Source: Candidatus Saccharimonadales bacterium (GTDB taxonomy: Bacteria > Patescibacteriota > Saccharimonadia > Saccharimonadales > DATKHC01). From it: 44,861 nt of DNA. The notes under the pieces were generated by a model. That model worked only from the letters and a program-made list of their open reading frames with translations, did not search any database and was not told the origin of the DNA. Numbering within the stretch: position 1 is the first letter of the stretch; each line of letters opens with the position of its first letter. Shown piece after piece: positions 43,893 to 44,861 of this stretch. Both the position numbers and the translations under genes were made by a program. The DNA lies in the NCBI GenBank assembly GCA_038317055.1, contig JBBQBA010000002.1, positions 136,106 through 180,966 of the forward strand, read 5' to 3'.

Positions 43893-44345
43893 GAAAGTCC
43901 ACCAATAACCAAACACATATATTCCACTAGCAAAAAATATCCCAGCCATCAACCATCGTTTATAAATTTTTTTATCTAAATCAAATAGATATACTGCAGC
44001 TGTTGATATTAGAACTCCAGGAAATATTGGACATAGAAATGAAAATATTCTAAGTCCATGTTTATCTATAAAGTTTCTAGCCTTAATAACTTTTTTATTA
44101 TCATCACCTTCATCTAATACTTTAACAATTTTTTTACCAATTCTTATTTTTTGAAATCGTTCCCTAAATCCTTTTTTAGATAATCTTTCACTTATATAGA
44201 TTACAACCAGTGCTGAAAGTAATGAACCAAGAGCATTACCTATCCACACTATTACCGGTGAACTATTAACACCAAAACAAAATGGGATGGAAATTCCACC
44301 AAAAATAATACATATTATTGCTATTTTTATAATGTCTTTCAGCAT
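43884..44345 (-). CDS. Small polytopic membrane protein
   Basis: 153 aa with four hydrophobic helices and a basic central loop. Confidence 0.55.
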   Translation of the reverse strand: MLKDIIKIAIICIIFGGISIPFCFGVNSSPVIVWIGNALGSLLSALVVIYISERLSKKGFRERFQKIRIGKKIVKVLDEGDDNKKVIKARNFIDKHGLRIFSFLCPIFPGVLISTAAVYLFDLDKKIYKRWLMAGIFFASGIYVFGYWWTFVK

Positions 44346-44442
44346 GACAGATTAACTTTAGCATATAAGCGAATAGTTATTTTAGGGATATAATATAATT
44401 AATTAATATGCATATTCTTCTCATATTGGTTATGATTAAAGT

Positions 44443-44861
44443 ATGGATAATGCATCTGATCTGAAGAAGTATGCAAAAAACAAACTAAGCAACGATAAAT
44501 TTGGTCTATTAATGAGTCCAATAGAATTAGCTGTTGTGGCAGCTTTTTTTATACTTACAAAAAGTTGGCAAAACGCTAACCCGATTGCTTACATAGTTAT
44601 TTTTGTTTTAATAATTCTACAGATGCTATTTCTAAAACTACCTCAAACAAAAAATAAAGTATTTTTTAGTAGTGGTGGAGCATCTCCGTTACTAATATAC
44701 AATATCGGGCTATATATAATGTTAGTATTTTATTTACCACTATATAGCCCTTTTTTGATTCTAGTTTGCGTAATAATGTTTATTACTATTTATTTCCGTG
44801 GACCATTAATTATGGCAATTTCAATACTTAATTTATTAGCGATTGTTGTTACTTCCTATAT
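44443..44861 (+). CDS. Membrane protein, N-terminal part (runs off the window)
   Basis: ATG 44443; MDNASDLKKYAKNKLSNDKFGLLMSPIELAVVAAFFILTK... is open to the window end and has several hydrophobic helices. Absent from the ORF track because no stop is present. Confidence 0.45.
   Translation, partial: MDNASDLKKYAKNKLSNDKFGLLMSPIELAVVAAFFILTKSWQNANPIAYIVIFVLIILQMLFLKLPQTKNKVFFSSGGASPLLIYNIGLYIMLVFYLPLYSPFLILVCVIMFITIYFRGPLIMAISILNLLAIVVTSY

Overview
Low-GC bacterial chromosome segment using the standard genetic code (TGA, TAA and TAG all end well-supported genes). Gene content and style suggest a reduced-genome, Patescibacteria/Saccharibacteria-like organism; that placement is inference only. 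Housekeeping content runs as follows: partial GH57 plus a glycogen-synthase-like glycosyltransferase, tRNA-Trp, and a dNTP/thymidylate block (cytidylyltransferase-like, dCMP-deaminase fusion, HIT, folA, thyA). Then come secE-nusG-rplK-rplA and, about 15 kb later, rplJ-rplL, dnaX, dnaB, ybaB, recR, an nrnA-like gene, cysS, an AI-2E permease and tRNA-Gln, ending in a block of secreted and membrane proteins. The most unusual structure lies at 12.5-17.8 kb, directly after rplA. It is a same-orientation array of about 10 copies of a 30-35 nt direct repeat, and each copy sits just after the stop codon of a + strand ORF. The repeats cut the region into 0.1-1.9 kb units, each holding one or two unrelated accessory genes, most with their own promoter (three share an identical extended -10, N6, ATG leaderless geometry). 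The first repeat copy has exact tRNA G53-A76 geometry, and other copies match the 3' end and downstream flank of the genuine tRNA-Gln(UUG) at 39.3 kb. The window contains no integrase or transposase. I read this as a non-integron, tRNA-att-like cassette array or serial-integration scar field; it is the best candidate here for an undescribed system. Secondary points: a higher-GC cassette with a frameshifted cytochrome-b-like gene, a Tmk::ThyX-like fusion coexisting with thyA-folA, the split rplKA/rplJL cluster, a RecR without its Cys4 finger, a neprosin-like peptidase next to tRNA-Gln, and a structured GC-rich leader/terminator element at 40.85 kb. All calls come from reading the sequence and ORF translations by eye; no searches were run.
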